From Vicugna vicugna (Eukaryota): 64,000 nucleotides of DNA. Shown piece after piece: positions 24,531 to 37,045 of the stretch. The first letter of the stretch is position 1, and each line of letters opens with the position of its first letter. Location of the stretch: the NCBI GenBank assembly GCA_013265495.1, contig MU059403.1, positions 1,068,960-1,132,959 on the forward strand. The letters run 5' to 3'. The position numbers and the translations under genes are program-made. The notes beneath the pieces were generated by a model that was given only the letters and a program-made list of their open reading frames with translations, searched no databases and had not been told where the DNA came from.

Positions 24531-25423
24531 CCCGAGCAGGAGAAGGTGCGAGGATCGTGTGCATAACAGCACCCAGGGCCGTGGGAGTTAGGCTGCGCTC
24601 TAGCCTTCTGCGCTTTGGGCACAAAGCAAAAAACAGACGGAACAGGAAGGATATTTGCCGGCTGTGAATGTGGTTCTTTGAGTAGAAGCCGCGCCGCGCA
24701 GTGGAAACGGACATTTTTATTTTCCAGTCTTTCCCTGCTTCTCCGTGGCTTCTCCCCCAGGTTGTATTATTGTACAGATAAGGGAGAAGCAATGAAGAGA
24801 TGGTTCTTTTTTAACTGAAAGCTGTCTTTACATGAGTTTTTAAATTGCTCTTGGCCTTTGTGATAAGAAGGGGTTTACCCTGACACCTCGGGCTTTATCT
24901 GATCTGTTTGTCTACCCAGAATTTTCAGGATTATTATATTACACAACTGAGCATTGCCAAGTCCTTCTGTCTTGTTTTTTTTTTTTTTTTCTGGCCGTTT
25001 TTTGGGGGAAAAGGGATGTGGCCTGTGAAAAACCCACTTGGCAAAGGATTCCTTTTGTGTCGGGAAAGAATTCGTTTTGAATATACACCGCAGGGTGTAT
25101 AAAGCACTCGGAAATTCAAAGCTCATTCCATTTATCATCGTTTTTATAAACAAAGTGATAAATAAAACTAATGAGATAATTTAAATAGCATCTTTATACC
25201 TTTACCATCCTGGCACCACGAGCAGCCTGTCCTCTGGAGAGGTGTGGGTGCTGGATGACCAACAGGAGGATATGCACTTGTCAAATCAACACTGAGGCAA
25301 GGCCATCAGGCAGTCATCCCAAAACTGCCGGCCCCAGTCCTTTCGGAAACACCATCCGGCTGCCCACGGGCTCTTCCGGGCTGCGGCCCCAGGTGTGAGT
25401 GGTCCCGCTCCTGCTGCTGGGAG

Positions 25424-25520
25424 CTCCCTCTTCCTTCCCTCCCTCCCCCCTCCTTTCTTTCTCTCTCTCTTTCCTTCCTCTCTCTCCCTTCCTTCCTTCC
25501 TTTCTTTCTTCTCTTTTTTT
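25424..25520. repeat. Polypyrimidine (CT/TTCC)-rich low-complexity tract
   Basis: ctccctcttccttccctccctcccccctcctttcttt...ctcttttttt. Confidence 0.9.
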
Positions 25521-25699
25521 AATGAGGCTTTGAAGGGCAACACTAATTCCCAGCAGGTCAGGGGCCATGATGCTCACTAGCCGCTGCTACGGGACTCCTG
25601 ACATGCCCCCCCTAACTCCGCCCCCGCCACAGGAGACTGAAGGTGGGGCCGTGGTTAGACGCGTGTGAAGCCTTCACAGCATCTGAGCACGCTGGAGTC

Positions 25700-25880
25700 T
25701 CTCTTTATTTGATGCTACTGTACTGCACAAGGTAATGACCACTTCCCCTTTTCCAGCTGATGAAATTGAGACTTGAGCAATGACAAAGCTTCCTAAGGTC
25801 GTGTGGCCAGCTCATCCACATGGAGGGAGGGCTGAGACTGGAACCCAGGCATCCATTTCTGGAGACTGGGTGCTTGACCG
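25700..25880 (-). mobile_element. MIR SINE
   Basis: ttttccagctgatgaaattgagacttgagcaatgacaaagcttcctaaggtc...ctggaacccaggc (antisense MIR core). Confidence 0.7.
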
Positions 25881-27464
25881 GGGCTCCAGTGCATCCAGGA
25901 GGGGTCCTAGGAGGTGAGCAGTCCAGAGGAGGACTGGCTAAGCACTGGTTTAGCCTGTCGGACAGGGACATGTGTGTGGGGCAGTTGCCACCTGCCCCAT
26001 CGTAGATGTTCTGGAGTTTGTGTGGTGGATGTGCGGGGACATGAAAGACATGGAAAGGTGGTGAGGGGGCCAGAGCCGTGTGTAGTGAAAGGAGAGTGTG
26101 CAGACCGCAGAGCAGGCCCAGGAGAGCGGGAAGCGGGGTCGGGGAGGAAGGACATCGGGGCCTCCTCCAGAGACGACCGCTGGCCAGAGGGAGGAGCCAG
26201 GCCCTGGCCCAGGGACCGTCCGGGGGAAAGGCCACATGGCCTGGTCCAGCAGGGGATGGCAGCCCAGGGGCTGTCCCGTCTTCTCTTGCAGAGACCCTCC
26301 TTAACCGGGGTGATCTCCACCCTGCGTCAGGGACAGGAGCAGAGCGGGAAGGACTGAGCACCCGAGTCATCAGGACACGCGTCCCTGCCCTTGAGGCAGG
26401 ATCCTGCACAGGGGGTCCTCTGCTCCCGCCCCGAGTCTGGGCCCTGCCCTCTCACAGCGTGGTCCAGGCACAGGGCAGGGGGCCAGCTGGGGCCCCTTGG
26501 ACCTAGTCCTGCAGAACCCACGCTTTTCCCAGCAGCCCCCAGGCTAGGGGTGAGGGAGACTGGAGAGGACCCCAGACCAGGTGCTAGGCGGGGTCTCTGC
26601 TCTGGCTTCGCAAGAGGGCCCCAAACTCCAGGGACCCCGGCACCTGCCTGTTCATGGAGCAGATTCTTCAGTCTCAGGTTCTCCTTTCTCTCCTCCATCA
26701 GTCAGAACACAGGAGAGGCTGTACCTCCCGCACTTCCCCCCGCTCCCTCCGTGAGCGCATTTTCTCCCTCCTGACAGAACCCCGATTTTGTTCTCACTTC
26801 TGTCTCCTCCCCACATCATCTCACCCTCCTGAGGCAGGGGGCTGAGCCTGGTGGCATCAGAAACCCCAGGAGGCTCTGGGCTTCCCCCCAGTGTCTGGGG
26901 TCCAGAACCACCAGTGAGCTGTGGGTCCCCGGCAGGTGCCCCTCTGGGAGGAGTCTGGGTCATGCGGGCAGGACGCTGGTCAGACTGAAGAGGAGGAGGC
27001 CCACCCCCAGGCTGGGGCCGGCGTGAAGGCTGCCTCCCCACCCCCAGGCTGCGCTCAGCCTTGGACGACAGGGAACACCGGCCTCGGGATGAAGAGGTGG
27101 ATGACCGATGGCGTGCTGATTCCCAGCCTCTGCAGCCACGCCTGCCCTGGTTTCCTGATGTGTGAGGTCATGCATTTCCTTTTTTCTTTTAAATCCAGTT
27201 TGGGTCAGAGTTTCTGCTTCTCGTGGCTGAAAGCAACACCCATTTCCATTCGTGGCTAAAACCCACTGCCCCGCTTTCCTGGAGCCGTGAAAGCACATGT
27301 GGTCCAACCTGAGGGGGTCCCAGGGATCGCCTGCCAACTGTTCCCGGCCTCCCTGGTGAGATGAACCCCAAACCGTGGGGCCCTGACTCTGAGCTCTGCG
27401 CCCCCGTGGACAGAAAACCCATGCATGGCTGCTTCAGTCCCAGTGCTCTTAATTTAAGGTGTCT

Positions 27465-27572
27465 TGGAGAGGGTAGCTCAGTGCTGGAGTGCGTGCTTGC
27501 CATGCACAAGGTCCTGGGTGCAAACCCCAGTCCCCCCATATACACAAGTAAACATAATTACTCCCCCCCAAA
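27465..27572 (+). mobile_element. Camelid tRNA-Ala-derived SINE (Vic-1 type)
   Basis: ggagagggtagctcagtgctggagtgcgtgcttgccatgcacaaggtcctgggtgcaaaccccag...aaacataattactccccccc; TSD aatttaaggtgtct (27451-27464) / aaattaagatgtct (27570-27583). Confidence 0.92.
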
Positions 27573-28149
27573 TTAAGATGTCTCTCTCAGGAACTATCTG
27601 CACACTGAAGTGCTATTACTTAGCGCGTTCAAGTACTAAGTGTATGGTTTTGTCTCCATGGTTATTGAGCTTTGGGTCTGGAAATAAGGGTTTATGGATC
27701 GCAAAACAAGGACATCTTGCCTAACCTTATAAATACCACCCCCATTAGGGGAAGTAATAGTCGAAACACTGTAAATGCCCAGAAGGAGAAAAAAAAATTA
27801 CATACAAAGAAATAGCAAATTAAGATTATCTTCAGTTTCCAGCACACCACGCTCCACAGCGGCCCGTGACGAGGCCCGTACAAGACTTCAAGGAGGAGGA
27901 AGACGTGACCCCCACACCCTGAAGCCAGTCGGGCTTGGATTCCTGTGTAAAGACAGGCCTGCGCATTTAAACCATGTCCTGTCCTTTGATCAAAAAATAT
28001 AATCTAGTTAAAAGCAACAGGAATCATGTCGAGTCCGCAAGAACTGACAAAGACATCTTCCTGGAAAAATCCGCTTGAAAATACGCTTCAGCCAACTGAG
28101 ATGAGAAGTGGGAATTGGCTCGAGAAGGCGAGATTCGCCCGCGGAAACG

Positions 28150-31100
28150 CTGGCGAGGCCACGGAAGCCAGTTTATTAAAACAGACTACTAACTAACTAA
28201 CAACCTTCTGCACCTACCAAGTTCCAAAAACAAAAAAAATCTACACAATGAAAGTGACAACAAAACCATCAGAAACAGAAACCCCAGATTAAACGCACAA
28301 AAGCCGGGGAGCCAAGGCGGAGGGCTGAGCGTGGGGCAGGGAGGAGAACAGAGCCATGCACGGCCCTTCTCCTGCACACGTGCACACTCACACGTGCACA
28401 CACATGTATAGGACACACACCCGTGCACATGCACACATACACGTACATGCACTCACGCACACGCACACCAGCGTGCACCTTTAAGAAAACAAGCTGTGTG
28501 CTGTGAGAAATAAACTCTTCTGTTAGAGGACATGTTTTATTCACGCTTTACAATTCTCAAACTTAACTATTTTTTCCCAAAATTTCAGCCATTTTTTCTT
28601 ACCACATACAGCATCATTGCCTTGGAGTTTTCCTTAAACTGATTCTTTTTAACTTAAAAGCCTAGTGTAGCCTTAGGCCTGCAGTATTTTCTTTTCCCGA
28701 CACAAATCACAACAAATAACTGGTCAAATACAGGCCTTGCTGCACGTGCCTCTGAAGCCGTTCCCTGGAGTGCCAAGCCTGTGTTCCACACTCGGGAGGC
28801 ATTTATCTTGGAAAACACTGATAAATAATGTTTGATGAGTTTAACTTATTCTGCTTTTACTTGCCATCGATGCAAAAGAACATAGATGGTTTTAGCTGCA
28901 TGTGATTTTTGAAATGTGAGGTTTTAGAAGCAGAACTCACGACCCTTGTTAGGGATTACATGCTGAAAATGCACACAAACTCGCAGTGAAAGGCCAAGGG
29001 CTAGAGTCTCAGTGAGATGCTCTCTGTAGGCTGCTAGAGCCCACGCGTACCTGCGGGCAGGGGACCCCCAACCCATCACAGCGGGAACGTGGTCACGGGG
29101 ACCCCCCGCCACAGCGTGTCCCTGGTGTGGGCCTGAGCCCAGCTGGCGTGCGACCCGGGTGGGCGTGCTGTGCGTGTGAAGCTGACACCGAGCCCCCAGC
29201 GCAGAAGGGACACAGCGAGGAGCAGGCCTGGTTTCAAAAGCTGAGGAGCTAATGGAGAACACAAGATGGGTGTCTATAAAAGTCCAGTAACTTCACTGAG
29301 AGGCAGGACGGCGGGCGCCAGCCAGGTGGTGGAGGCGCGGTGACAATATTGTCATTAAAAAGCCAGGGCCCCACCAACAGTGGGCTTTCTGACGTAAGTT
29401 TACTCATAGGAAGAGTCTCTCAAACACACACGAATGGCCCACCTGCTCCATGCGCCCGAGGCTCCTTCAGAGACACTACAAGGAGTGAGGCCGGCTGCCC
29501 TGCCGCCATGGCGGGTGGGGGGGACCCCAGGAGCAGAGCTGCGAGCCGGGGCAGGCGGCAGCTCTGGCAGGTTTCGAGAGGGAGGGGACCCAAACACAGG
29601 CCCATGTGCCTCCCTCTCCGGAGTCCCAGCAGCCAGCATGGCCTGGGGCCCCTGAAAAACCGCTTTCTTTTTTAGGTAAATGCATTACACATGCGGTGGG
29701 ACTGAGGGCGGCACATTCCTGGGACGATGGCAAGCAGTGACGTCCACGGTACCTGGAAAACCAGCCGAGTGTGAACCACTGTCTAACGTATTTGTTCTCA
29801 ATAAGGCAGTGAGGCACTCTCTGGGGACAAGTGCCCGAAGCACCCCAATATGCCGGCTCAGGAATGGTTAGCGACAGTTTTTTATGCACAAGGAGCTTTA
29901 TTTTCAAAAAGAGCATGTTCTTTGGATGAAGGGGAAAGGCACTCTGGACACCTCAGGTGGCCCTACAGCTTGGCTGGGAGGCCATCAGGACGGGCCGCCG
30001 GGGCTGTGTCCCAGCGTCTTGGGGGGGCGGGCGGCGCCCTGAGGGGCTGACAGGCTGCCGGTGGGGCTGGTCCCGGGGCTGAGTCAGTGCTTTCTGTCCA
30101 CTTCCCCTTCCAAATCGCTCCTGCCTCCCGTCCCCTCTCGGGGAAGGCCTGGCCAAGACAGGAGGAGTTCTCGTCACGAGGACGGGACCGGAACACTGAG
30201 GACACAGGGTTCAGAGGAATTCTCTGGGCCCGCAGCAGACCCGCTCTGCCTGGTGGCCCGGTGTCGCCATGCGGTGACTTAGGCTCTCCAAGTCCTCGCC
30301 CGTCTCCTCGCCAGGAAACTCATCAGAGACAGAGGGAGCGCAGGGTGACCTCACTCCAGGCTCAGTCCGGCTTCCGCGCGCTCCGTCCAGCCGCACTAGT
30401 AACTCGAACGTGCACGGAGCCGCTTTCCCCCGCGAGCGCTTCGTGAGTGCCGAGCTGGCACCGCAGGAAAGGCGTGTGAGCTGTGCCCACGGGACGCACG
30501 AGACACACCCCCCGCCACCTCCGGGTGGAGGGGGGCGACACGGCTACCCCAGGCCCCTCGCACTCGGGTCCCCACGGGCCCCGGTCACGGTCGCCGTGTG
30601 GCCCGCATGTCAGGCAGGTGCCAGCTGGGTTTTAGTGGCACCAGAGCCACTTCAGGAAGACTTAAGAGCCCCTTTCTCTGCATTTCAAGGAAAAGCTATT
30701 AAAGAAACACTCACTTATGTAAATCCGCACATCTGGAATTTGCCTAAAACCAAGGAGGAAAAGTGGAATTCTGGAAGGTTGGTGGTAAGTTTAAGTGTAA
30801 CGTGAGGATTCGGGGATTTGGGTACTGCTGGGAGCCTCCCTAACTGTCGCTACAATGACTTCCTTAGACATGAGATAAAGCCCAGCAGGACACAAGCAAA
30901 ATCAAGCAGAAGTGTCGGGTTTCTATGCGCAAATTGAATAACAGGCGCTGAGTCTAGATAATTGAAATTTCTCAGTGGAACGTGGACTGCCGAATCGAAT
31001 CGGTGATTTTCAAAACTGAACTTTCTAAATTCAAGCTGATTGCAAGTGGTGTGTTCCGCCAGGTCCCCTCAAAGCCGTCTATTAATAGAAGCCCAGAAAG

Positions 31101-32291
31101 AAGTGAAGTGGTGATGAGTGACAGCAGGGGAAGATTAGGTGCTGTGGCATCGCGGGCAGCCGGGCAGGGGTGGGCGGAGGCCTCGGGTCCACACCACCCT
31201 CTGAAATGGGCGTGACTACTCGGCACCTGTTTGCCGCTGGCTGTTGTGGGGCTGTGCTGATTAACCGTGGGTGGGAGATGTCCCTCCCTGGGACATCTGA
31301 ACACACTTTCCCTTTATTTCTTCTCTAACCCCCTCCTTGTAAACCTTCCTCCTTCGGTGACATTCCCAGCCCAAGTAACTCCTTACTGTATGTGGTCAAT
31401 CCAGCTGGAAGGTGTGTTCATTTCCATGAACAAGCAGAGCCCCAGTGTGATGGCAGGTGCGCCACCACGGTCCTGAGAGGCAGGTCTGAGGACTGGTGAG
31501 AGGTCAGGGGCCAGGGGTGAGAGGTCAAGGTTGAGGGAGGGTGGGCAGCCAAGGAGGCTGAGTGTCTGGGAGGTGGCACCACTCAGGCGCGGGCCTGGGG
31601 CCAGACCCCAGCAGTAAGTTTCATCAGAGGAAGCCAGAAACTGACCTTTACAGAAATTACCTTTAAATTTTAAATTATTTAAAATACACTAAAGGGGCCT
31701 CCTCCAAATACAGCCAGCCCACAGAGCCATCATTCTGCAAACCCTAGTCAATAGTCAACCTGTAAACGCCGGTTTAGTAGCACAGGAGTCACATCCAAAG
31801 GAGGAGAGACGATAATTTCACACCATTGTCTTCTAGGAGTGACGTCTGGTGGAGCAGCACAGGAACCACCGAACGTCTGCCCCGTAGAACAACACCTTGG
31901 GGAAAAGGTAAGTGGACAAAACTCTGACAATTTCCACCAACAAACCTGAACTGGAAAAGAAACGACCAAAGGGCAGTCTGGGGAAAATAAATAAAAAGGG
32001 CCTCTGGGGGCAGCACTCTGCCCGCCCCCAGCCCTGAGCCGCGGAGCCCGGGGAGGGCAGGGGCAGGGCGGTCGTGCTGGCTGACCAAAGATGGACAGTA
32101 ATGATTTCTGGGGGACGAGATGTGGAATGAAGTTCTGCCTTTCGTGGGGACAGCATTCTCATAAACACCATAGTTACTTTTGAAAGACAAGGAGAGCGGG
32201 CCTCTCGGTGCCGTGGCCGCGGCCTGGCTGTCCTCGTGCTCGCCCAGGGCCTCCCCTCCCCACACGTCCGTGCGCTCGTCGCGGGGCTGAC
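28150..32291 (-). other. Candidate ~4 kb terminal exon / 3' UTR of an unidentified minus-strand transcript
   Basis: Acceptor gagctctcccctcacag| at 32291; AATAAA on minus at 29902-29897, 28541-28536 and 28177-28172; U-rich minus strand near the 3' end; no interspersed repeat recognised inside. Confidence 0.45.
28372..28478. repeat. Degenerate (CA)n/(TG)n repeat
   Basis: tgcacacgtgcacactcacacgtgcacacacatgtat...acgcacacgcacacc. Confidence 0.8.
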
Positions 32292-33019
32292 CTGTGAGGG
32301 GAGAGCTCTCCCTGCTCCACCTCGTTTTAAACGCAGAACCTTGTCATCACCATCCAATTAAAATAATCTGAGAAGGCACCTCAGCGTCAGAAATGTCCTT
32401 CTGTTAAGCAAAAGGGGGTCGTTGCCGCAGTGAGGTCAGGGGTCAGTGAGGGGGTGGCCTGGCTGAATTGCTGTGTTTAGAACCAAACAAAGCAGAACCA
32501 AAAAAGGCCTTTGGTCAAGTAATTACGAGGCACCCACAGCAGCCCGGCCTGGGAGCCCCCCGAGCCGCCTCTCTCCTCTGCCTTCACTGAGGCGCTCGGG
32601 GCGGGCGAAGCCGCCGGCAGCACAGGACACGCTCCCCCGGGGCCGGCGGGCCCCTGGCTCGTGCAGGCGCTGGGGCCCCGGGGGGAACGAGACCCCAGCT
32701 GGGCCGACAGCCGGGCCGCCCGGGAACGGGCCGCAGCGTGGTGTTTACCGCAGCCTGGGCGGCCGCTTCTCTCCTGGGCAGCCCAGCTGAGCCTGGAAGG
32801 ACAGGGGAAGGGGTGGGTGGAGAGAAAGGAGACCCTGCGGAAGAAACAAGGAGCCCGAGTATCTCACTCAGTCAGGAGCCCGCTCCCAGCAGCCACCACT
32901 CTGAGTCCCAGAGCCAGTCTCTTCCTTTGGGTCACAAAATCCCTACAAGTTAGAAGCAGAAACGTGTCTTCTGTGAAACTAGCCTTCCCAGCTCCTGCTG
33001 CAGGGATGGCCCTGTAAGA

Positions 33020-33316
33020 AGCTGTTGGGTGGGGCTTCCAGGAAAGCTGTCTAAACGCGCGGCTGATTCAGCTAGATGGAATGCAGACGTGATAGCCACA
33101 GCCACAGCAGACATTTTGCAACTGTGAGGAAATTTGGAGCAGAAAGGAAAGGCCTGGATCCCTGATACTGGGAGAAGGGAAGTGTAACAAACCAGCTCTA
33201 GACAGCCTACCTCCAGATTTATTTTATGGGAAAGAAAAATAAACCATTATCTGGTTAAAAATCTCTCTTATGCATGTTTTCTGTGACGCGCATCTGAACC
33301 CAAACCTAAATGATCC
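33020..33316 (+). mobile_element. Old MaLR LTR fragment (MLT1H-K group)
   Basis: atggaatgcagacgtgatagcc...cctacctccagatttattttatgggaaagaaaaataaacc...ttttctgtgacgcgcatctgaacccaaacctaaatgatcca resembles the MLT1 3' half. Confidence 0.75.
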
Positions 33317-33409
33317 AGCTGAAAATTTTTATTGAAACATCAGCTATTCATTTCCCTGAACTCCTACAGGATTTATACTTTGCACTAAATAATTTAGCCC
33401 TGAGTTACA

Positions 33410-33545
33410 TGTCTGTGTATTATTTATTAACTAACTGCATGCTAGATTATCCCTGCCTTGCCACAGGACCACTCGCTCTGTGTGTGGAAGTGAGCCACGT
33501 ACGTGGCCTGGCTGGATGGGCTCACACTGTTGCTGAGTCCAAGCT
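33410..33545 (+). mobile_element. L2 3' fragment
   Basis: tatttattaactaactgcatgctagattatccctgccttgccacaggaccactc...; colinear with the L2 3' end but diverged. Confidence 0.45.
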
Positions 33546-33589
33546 GGAATTTCTTACCGCACGGCAGGCCAGTAAGTAGAGGGATGAGT

Positions 33590-34005
33590 TGCTGGGGCAA
33601 GGAAGAGTGACTTCACAAGGAAAGCCCGCAGACTGAGAAGATGGTGCTGGTGTCCCAAGGAAGCATCTTGCCTGAGTTAGAATTCATGCTTCTTCTGGAC
33701 AAAAAGGGAGGGGCTAATGTCAAACATTTCCTGGTCAGCCTCCGCAGGGGAACTGCTCATTTCTTCCTTCCTGCCGTCCTTCACAGGTGGCCTGGTCAGG
33801 AGGCTTCCTGTGAGCTGAACAAAGGAGTTCTAGCTGAGCACTCACTGCCTGGGAGGCAGGGTTCCCAGAGATGGGCCATCACGTCCCATTTAAGTGCATA
33901 GGCACCTCCCTTCAGTGATTAACTTGTAGCGAAGCAACAGAAGACAAAGGTTAACGTGAGAGAAACAGACCCACGTGGAGGCAGACTCGCTCTTCCCTCT
34001 GACAA
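33590..34005 (-). mobile_element. ERV-class solo LTR of artiodactyl type
   Basis: cagactgagaagatgg...catcttgcctgagttagaattc...aatgtcaaacatttcctgg...tgtgagctgaacaaagg...gtgattaacttgtagc...caaaggttaacg...ttccctctgaca; resembles ERV LTRs I recall from pig/cattle; plus-strand end ACA gives a TGT start on minus. Confidence 0.7.
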
Positions 34006-34089
34006 CCCGGCGGCCTCTCCTCTCTGTCTTCCTATTCGTGACCAGTGTGTGGGGAGCAGGGAAAGCGAGTTGCGCCATCTCCTCTTCAC

Positions 34090-34209
34090 CTCAGGACAAC
34101 GGTGTTACTCCCGTGTGTGACGGATGAAGCCAGCTTCAGGCGCTGGTCCACCTGCTGGGCAGATGGAACCCAGGACTCTGGCCGCCGGCCCCTCCGCCCT
34201 GACGCGCTG
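34090..34209 (-). other. Candidate internal exon
   Basis: Acceptor tttgaactcttcccccctctag|CAG (NAGNAG); weak donor GAG|gtgaag. Confidence 0.25.
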
Positions 34210-34841
34210 CTAGAGGGGGGAAGAGTTCAAATCGTCTCTATTTCACTCTTTCACCCTTGATCTGAAACGGACACCAGCCTGCTTCCGGTGGCGCATGTCC
34301 CTCATTTCTCAGAAAACACCCCAGCAAGAGCAACAGGGGTGTTTGTACGTGGTATCCCCCCAAGCCAGCTCCCCCCGCAGACAGCAGTGCGTTTATCTAG
34401 CCTCGCCGCCCCCTCCCCACAACACCCAGCTGCAACTCGCCGTCCACCTGGGAGCACACTCAGCTAGAAGGTTCTGGGCTTCCTCCCTCCGCGTCTGCCC
34501 TGCATCTCCTGAAGGGAAATGGGAAAGACAAGAGAACCGAGCCCCGCTTCTCCCCTTCCCCACTCTCCGTCTCACATCAGCCTCTTTGCAAGCCCCCAGA
34601 CCCACACTTGACCGTCTCCACCTCGGCTCCTGTCATGGTCGCCCGCCTGCACCCCTACGGTGCTGCAGACCCTGGGGGACAAGACCCGAGGGTGTCAACC
34701 CTGTGTTTCCCCACAGGGCAAAAGTCAGTAAACCGTGTGTCCTTTTGAACTAAACTCCGCCACGCCCTGGGAGTGCACGCCAGCTACGGGCAGCTCAGGG
34801 CTTCCACCTGGTCTGGCTCTGACCCTAGAACAGGCTTTTAC

Positions 34842-35068
34842 CATCAGCATCCTCATGATTATTATTGGCTGCATGGAGCTCCAGGGTGGGGGTTTGCTGC
34901 CAAGTTTAACTGTAATAATAGCTCTTGCAGCAGGAGTTCAAATTCTTTTTCTACATCGTCTTCCGTGATCACTGACATCGACTGACAGTGTCTGCCCCAG
35001 GATGCAGCCCAGGCAGATTTTTACAAGGTGGAAGAGAAGAGCATTATTGCCGACTCGGACGGATTCTT
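34842..35068 (-). other. Candidate internal exon (227 nt)
   Basis: Very strong acceptor ttttctctcgttttagttcctttcccttgtgttttag|AAG; donor ATG|gtaaaa; all three frames contain a stop. Confidence 0.35.
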
Positions 35069-36339
35069 CTAAAACACAAGGGAAAGGAACTAAAACGAGA
35101 GAAAATCCTTTAAAAACAGAAGCAACACTTGCTGTAATGATTTCAGTGGGGTGACTTTTGCCCTGCTTTTGGCAAGCCGTGACCCTGTAGTGAATTGGGG
35201 TCCGGCCATCACCACGTCCCCGGCACCATTTTCTGGCAACAGAACCCCTCTCTCCCGTGGAGAACCGACTCAGGGCAGAACCCACGTCCCCCAGAAACCA
35301 CACACTGGGGCCACAGGCTCCACCGCTCCAGCCGCCTCGTGAGTTCAGGAACTGGCCGTGGGGTTTTCCGCCTGAGGCTTCCCTTTAACCCTGGGAAGAC
35401 AAAGGCCTCTCTCTCCGGGCGGGGTTATACCTGCAGGTGTTTACTGATGAAACAACAGACAAGGAGAGAGGGCAGAGGTCAGGGTGACCGGGTAAAGAGC
35501 AGAGTGGAATTTCAGCTGAAGAACTAATACAGGCCATCCTTATACGAAAGCTATTCATCCTTCATCTGAAATTCAAATGCAACTGGGTGTCTTATTTTGG
35601 TTTGGTTTGGTTTGGTTTCTGTTTTTTGCTAAATCTGCAGTCTTACCCTGGATCCGTCTGTGCCTGAAGCCAGCACGCCCTTGCCTTCACAGGGAGCAGC
35701 TGGGTCTCTCTGTCTCACCAGTGAAGGAGGATTCGCTCATCTGTCCTTCTGTGGAGACAGAGCTCTTCCGTGAACACGCAGGAGAGGGGAAAGTCATCCC
35801 AGGGCCCGCGCGCATCAGCCCTAAAGGCAGAGGTGCGCTCCTGGTCTGCTCTGTCTTCTCCTGTACATGGAGGAGCACTGGCTCTCCCCAAGCCGGGGTG
35901 TTGGCAGAAGTGGAGCTTTGCACCAATGGATAGAATGGAGGGTCCCGAAATGCCTCCCAGGCGGGGCTCTCACCGCGGTAACAGAGCACCCCAAAACGTC
36001 ATGACTTACAGCAGCAAAGCGTTAGTCTCAGTCTCTGCGGGTGCACTCCACTGGGCGGAGGCTGCAGTACTGGAACAGCTGGAAGGTTCCAGGCGGTGCG
36101 CTCACAGACCCGTGGCTGAGCCCGGCTGCCGGCGGCGCAGAGCCCCCCACTCCCCCCGCCTCTGACTGGGTTTCTCAAGCTGGCCTCTGAGAGGGAGCGC
36201 TCCAAGGCTGTGACAACTCCAGGCATGTTCTCCAAGTTACGCGGTGCCCGCTGGTCAGAGCAAGGCACAGATCCGAGAGCTTTTCTCTGTGTATGTGGTG
36301 CTTCCATAAAAGTCTATTGGAAAAAAATTAAACGCCACC

Positions 36340-36800
36340 AACCCTTCGTGGCCGATTTATCCGTCCTTCATTTCTTTGCCTTTTTTGGGGGTCTTGCTTA
36401 GGAAGGCCTTGCCTGTCCCTGAAAACTGAAATACACTCTCATGTGTTTTCATTCATCAGAATGAAGTTTTAGAATCTTTCGCAGCATTCGTTTTTTATCT
36501 GAAAATTATTTTTGTAAAGATTGTGAATTGGAATCTAATTTTTCCCCCAAATAGATGAGTGATTATCTCAACACCGTTTATTAAATAATCCACAGTTCCC
36601 CTTACTCACTTGAAATGAATCTGGACTCCCCTTTCTGTGCCGTTCAGACGCTCCCCCCGCACCACCCTGGTCCAGACAGCTGTGCTCCATGTCCCTGTGT
36701 CTGGGAGGGCACATTTCCCCTCTTAGTCCCTTTTCAAGGCGCACATGAGTGCGCCTTGTCACACTCGTTGGTTTTACTGATCTTAAACGTTTTTTCAGCA
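36340..36800 (-). mobile_element. Ancient LINE-1 (L1M) ORF2 3' region, antisense, diverged
   Basis: tcttgcttaggaaggcc...attatttttgtaaagattgtgaattggaatctaatttttcccccaaatagatgagtgattatctcaacaccgtttattaaataatcc typical of antisense L1. Confidence 0.75.
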
Positions 36801-36919
36801 GTAACACAAGAGTCTTCCTAGTAATTTACCTGTAACTTGCATATACTGTACACAGAGAAATTTCTGTTAAGTGTTCTCAAATCCATGAGCTTCTCTGATT
36901 TTTCACAAGTAGCAAGTTA

Positions 36920-37045
36920 TCACCAGTCTCCGTTTTACAAATGGGTAGACACGCAGAGAGTCTGCCTGGGTCACCTTTGGTCACAGCAACCAGACTACCA
37001 AACAGAACTCAGGCCTTCAGGCATCTGGTCTGCCGGGCCCAGGGC
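36920..37045 (-). mobile_element. MIR SINE
   Basis: ctccgttttacaaatgggtagacacgcagagag...ggtcacagc...agaactcaggcc. Confidence 0.6.

Noticed and set aside
24620-24640. AAAGCAAAAA resembling the MALAT1/NEAT1 triple-helix A-rich tract
   Set aside because: No upstream U-rich tracts and no downstream tRNA-like element
34773-35072. + frame with in-frame TGA (..VITDID*QCLPQDAAQADFYKVEEKSIIADSDGFF*) suggesting a selenoprotein or readthrough
   Set aside because: Frame starts at GTG with no ATG, no SECIS seen, no selenoprotein motif, and it is antisense to a stronger minus-strand exon candidate
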